Shown: positions 17,922 through 20,379 of the stretch, piece after piece
Layout: each line of letters starts with the position of its first letter
Numbering within the stretch: position 1 is the first letter of the stretch
Source: Campylobacterota bacterium
Lineage (GTDB): Bacteria; Campylobacterota; Campylobacteria; Campylobacterales; Sulfurimonadaceae
Length of the DNA: 20,379 nt
Reading direction: 5' to 3'
Assembly (NCBI GenBank): GCA_034717975.1
Contig: JAYEMF010000037.1
Coordinates: 1-20,379, forward strand
Notes under the pieces: model-generated
The model's database searches: none
Told to the model about the DNA's origin: nothing
The model's input: only the letters and a program-made list of their open reading frames with translations
Position numbers and translations under genes: made by a program

Positions 17922-19264
17922 AAAAGTACGAAGCAGTGGTGATCGGGGCAGGTCCCGGAGGTTATGAAGCCGCATTGAAGTTGGCTGAAGCAGGTGTGAA
18001 GACCTTGCTGATCGATCGAAACAAAGAGCGTCTCGGCGGAACGTGCCTGAACGAGGGATGCATCTCTGCCAAAGCCTATCTTCAGAGTGCGGAGTATGTC
18101 TCAAAAGCCTCCCATTTCAGTGAGTGCGGTGTGGCGCTGGAAGTCAAGGGGTTGGACATGGCGCGTCTTGCAGAGAAAACAGTGTCGCTGAAGAATGAGA
18201 TCCGCTCGGGTGTCGTATGGCTGCTCGAACAGGCAGGGGTTGAGACGCTCTACGGCTCTGCATGTTTTATCGATGCCAACAGTGTTGAGGTCTCAGGCGA
18301 GAGGATCGGTTTTGAGAAGTGCATTATCGCAACGGGATCAGCAGTCCGGGAGATGCCGCAGCTGCCGCTCGAGGGCAAGCGCATTATCTCCAGTAAAGAG
18401 GTGTTTGAACTGGAGTCTCTGCCTGCCTCGATTACCATTGTCGGAGGAGGACCCATCGCGTGCGAATTTGCCACCTTTTTCACTGCTTTCGGCGTGGAGG
18501 TGACGATGATAGTACGTGGTTTACAGCTTCTCTCTGCAGAAGATAAGGATGTTGCCAAGGCGTTGTTGCGGGCCTTTAAAAAACGAAATATCAAAGTAAT
18601 CACCTCTGCCGCTGTTCAAAAGGCTGAAGTGAATGGGGAGGGCGTCGAGTTACTCATCGAGGCAGGGAGCCAGGAGCGTATCCGGAGTGAACTGCTGCTC
18701 TGTGCAAGCGGCCGTATCCCCTATACCGATGGTCTCCAGAGTGAAAATGCCGGAGTGGAGAAAAACGAAAAGGGCTTTATTGCGGTCGATGCATCGTTTC
18801 AGACGACCCGAAATCATATCTATGCCGTCGGGGATTGCATCGATACGCCGGCCTTTGCGCACACGGCGTATGCCGAAGCGAGGATCGCCGTGCAAAATAT
18901 TGTCAGCGGCGGAGCAGCCACCAACACCCATATTACCCCTTCCACCATCTACAGCGATCCTGCTGTCGCAAGCTGCGGCCTGAGAGAGAAGGAAGCCAAA
19001 GCGCAGGGGCGTGCCGTCGAAGTCAAAAAAGCCTTTTTCAAGGCCAATGCAAAGGCGAAGATCGAGGGGGATGACTCCGGATTTGCGAAGATGATCGTCT
19101 GCGCGGAGAGCGGTGTGGTCCTGGGCGCTTCAATCATCGGGGTCGAAGCAACGGAGATCATTCACGAAATGGTACTCTCTGTTGAGAAAAAGCTGACGGC
19201 TGAGGATCTTAAAGGGATGATCCACGCACACCCGAGCGTATCGGAGATTGTCAGTTGTCTATAG
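17918..19264 (+). CDS. lpdA: Dihydrolipoamide dehydrogenase (E3) with an NADP-type dinucleotide fold
   Basis: GAGPGG, GGTCLNEGCI redox disulfide, ATGS, YAVGD, ANAKA, HAHPSVSE; ATGA overlap with lipA. Confidence 0.9.
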   Translation: MKKYEAVVIGAGPGGYEAALKLAEAGVKTLLIDRNKERLGGTCLNEGCISAKAYLQSAEYVSKASHFSECGVALEVKGLDMARLAEKTVSLKNEIRSGVVWLLEQAGVETLYGSACFIDANSVEVSGERIGFEKCIIATGSAVREMPQLPLEGKRIISSKEVFELESLPASITIVGGGPIACEFATFFTAFGVEVTMIVRGLQLLSAEDKDVAKALLRAFKKRNIKVITSAAVQKAEVNGEGVELLIEAGSQERIRSELLLCASGRIPYTDGLQSENAGVEKNEKGFIAVDASFQTTRNHIYAVGDCIDTPAFAHTAYAEARIAVQNIVSGGAATNTHITPSTIYSDPAVASCGLREKEAKAQGRAVEVKKAFFKANAKAKIEGDDSGFAKMIVCAESGVVLGASIIGVEATEIIHEMVLSVEKKLTAEDLKGMIHAHPSVSEIVSCL

Positions 19265-20368
19265 TAGTGTTTCGAGTGCTTTCGACTCCAGGCCGAGTGC
19301 CTTGGCAACGGCAGGGTTGGTAACCGACCCGTTAAAGATATTGACACCAAGTGCGAGGGAAGAGTCATTTTTAATGGCATCGGGACACCCCTCATTGGCC
19401 AGTTTTCGTATATAGGGGAGTGTGGCATTGGTCAGAGCGACCGTAGCGGTTTTCGGGTACGCTCCGGGCATATTGGCCACGCAGTAGTGAAGCACCTCCT
19501 CCTCTATAAAAATCGGGTCGGTGTGGGTCGTCGGCCGCGAGGTTTCGGAGATGCCGCCCTGATCGATCGTAATATCGACCAGAACACTTCCTTTTTTCAT
19601 CTTCCGCAGCATATCGCGTGTTATCAGTTTTGGCGTCGTGGCACCTCCATGGATCAACACCGTACTGATGACAACATCCGAATCCGGCAGCAGTTCACGA
19701 AGCATTTCCGGAGAGTAGAGGGCTGTTTTAGCGGAAGGAAGTACTTTTTGCAGCTGTTCCAGTTTTGGTGCTGAACGGTTCAGTACGGTCACGTCCGCAC
19801 CCATACCGATGGCTATTTTAGCCGCGTTAAACCCGGCATTGCCGGCACCGATGATCAGGACATTCGCCGGTGCCACCCCGACAGCACCGCCTATGAGGAT
19901 ACCTTCACCGCCCTGGTAACGGCTGAGATGACAAGCCGCAACCGACGGCGCCATCTTACCGGCTATCTCGCTCATCGGTTTTAGCAGTGGAAGCAGGTTG
20001 TCAGATGCGACGGTCTCGTAGGCGATGGCGCAGACTCTTTTTTCGATGAGAACAGAGACCAGCTCCGGCAGCGGTGCGAGGTGCAGGTAGCAAAAGAGGG
20101 TATGGCGTTCACTTAAAAGGTCATACTCGGATGGCTGCGGCTCTTTCACCTTGACGATCAGTGTCGCCCGGGCATAGAGTGTTTCGGCACTTGTTAGTAC
20201 TTCTGCACCGGCATTGCGGTATTGCGCATCACTGAAACCGCTCCCCTCTCCGGCACCGCGCTGCACTAAAACGGTGTGGCCGTCCTCAATGAGCTGTGCC
20301 ACATTGAAGGGTGTGGCACCAACGCGAAACTCATCTGTTTTCACCTCTTTGGGAATACCGAGTGTCAT
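19259..20368 (-). CDS. ald: Alanine dehydrogenase, with N-R-S replacing the NAD-determining Asp
   Basis: GIPKEVK..EFRV..TP, KVKEP, YLHLA, IAYETV, LPLL.PMSEIAG, DITIDQGG..ETSRPTTH, HYCVANMPGA; AGGAG RBS at the window end. Confidence 0.95.
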   Translation of the reverse strand: MTLGIPKEVKTDEFRVGATPFNVAQLIEDGHTVLVQRGAGEGSGFSDAQYRNAGAEVLTSAETLYARATLIVKVKEPQPSEYDLLSERHTLFCYLHLAPLPELVSVLIEKRVCAIAYETVASDNLLPLLKPMSEIAGKMAPSVAACHLSRYQGGEGILIGGAVGVAPANVLIIGAGNAGFNAAKIAIGMGADVTVLNRSAPKLEQLQKVLPSAKTALYSPEMLRELLPDSDVVISTVLIHGGATTPKLITRDMLRKMKKGSVLVDITIDQGGISETSRPTTHTDPIFIEEEVLHYCVANMPGAYPKTATVALTNATLPYIRKLANEGCPDAIKNDSSLALGVNIFNGSVTNPAVAKALGLESKALETLL

Positions 20369-20379
20369 CTTTTTCTCCT

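Noticed and set aside
17918..19264. Mercuric reductase or soluble transhydrogenase instead of E3
   Set aside because: No C-terminal Cys-Cys pair, intact CLNEGC and HPxxSE motifs, and operonic with lipA beside E1/E2 genes.
20300..20368. Ald N-terminus (GIPKEV..E.RV.ATP) resembles the PntA fragment at the other end of the window, suggesting terminal inverted repeats
   Set aside because: Explained by the ancient AlaDH/PNT domain homology; DNA similarity is limited and there is no transposase.

Overview
Gene-dense bacterial window, probably Campylobacterota (Sulfurovum/Sulfurimonas-like; inferred from TGnTATAAT-type promoters, AAGG(A) RBSs and gene content, not proven). Order: a ~100-bp duplicated pntA 5' fragment at the window edge, serA, a secreted beta-propeller-like protein, pntAB; on the minus strand a MORN/DUF1566/SPOR protein, nhaD and a YgbA-family gene with a perfectly placed FNR/Nss box; a DUF4116 repeat protein plus an APH-like/AAA_33 kinase; then a divergent block acp-E2-E1b-E1a-acsA (minus) / lipM-like-lipA-lpdA (plus), with ald converging on lpdA. 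The main observation is that both pyridine-nucleotide enzymes of this block, E3 and alanine dehydrogenase, have lost the NAD-determining acidic residue and carry Arg-containing NADP(H) fingerprints, whereas SerA and PntA keep the canonical Asp. This suggests an NADP(H)-linked alanine/pyruvate/acetyl module with its own ACP and lipoylation enzymes. All family calls come from motif recognition, not database searches. No RNA genes, CRISPR arrays or mobile-element genes were seen.
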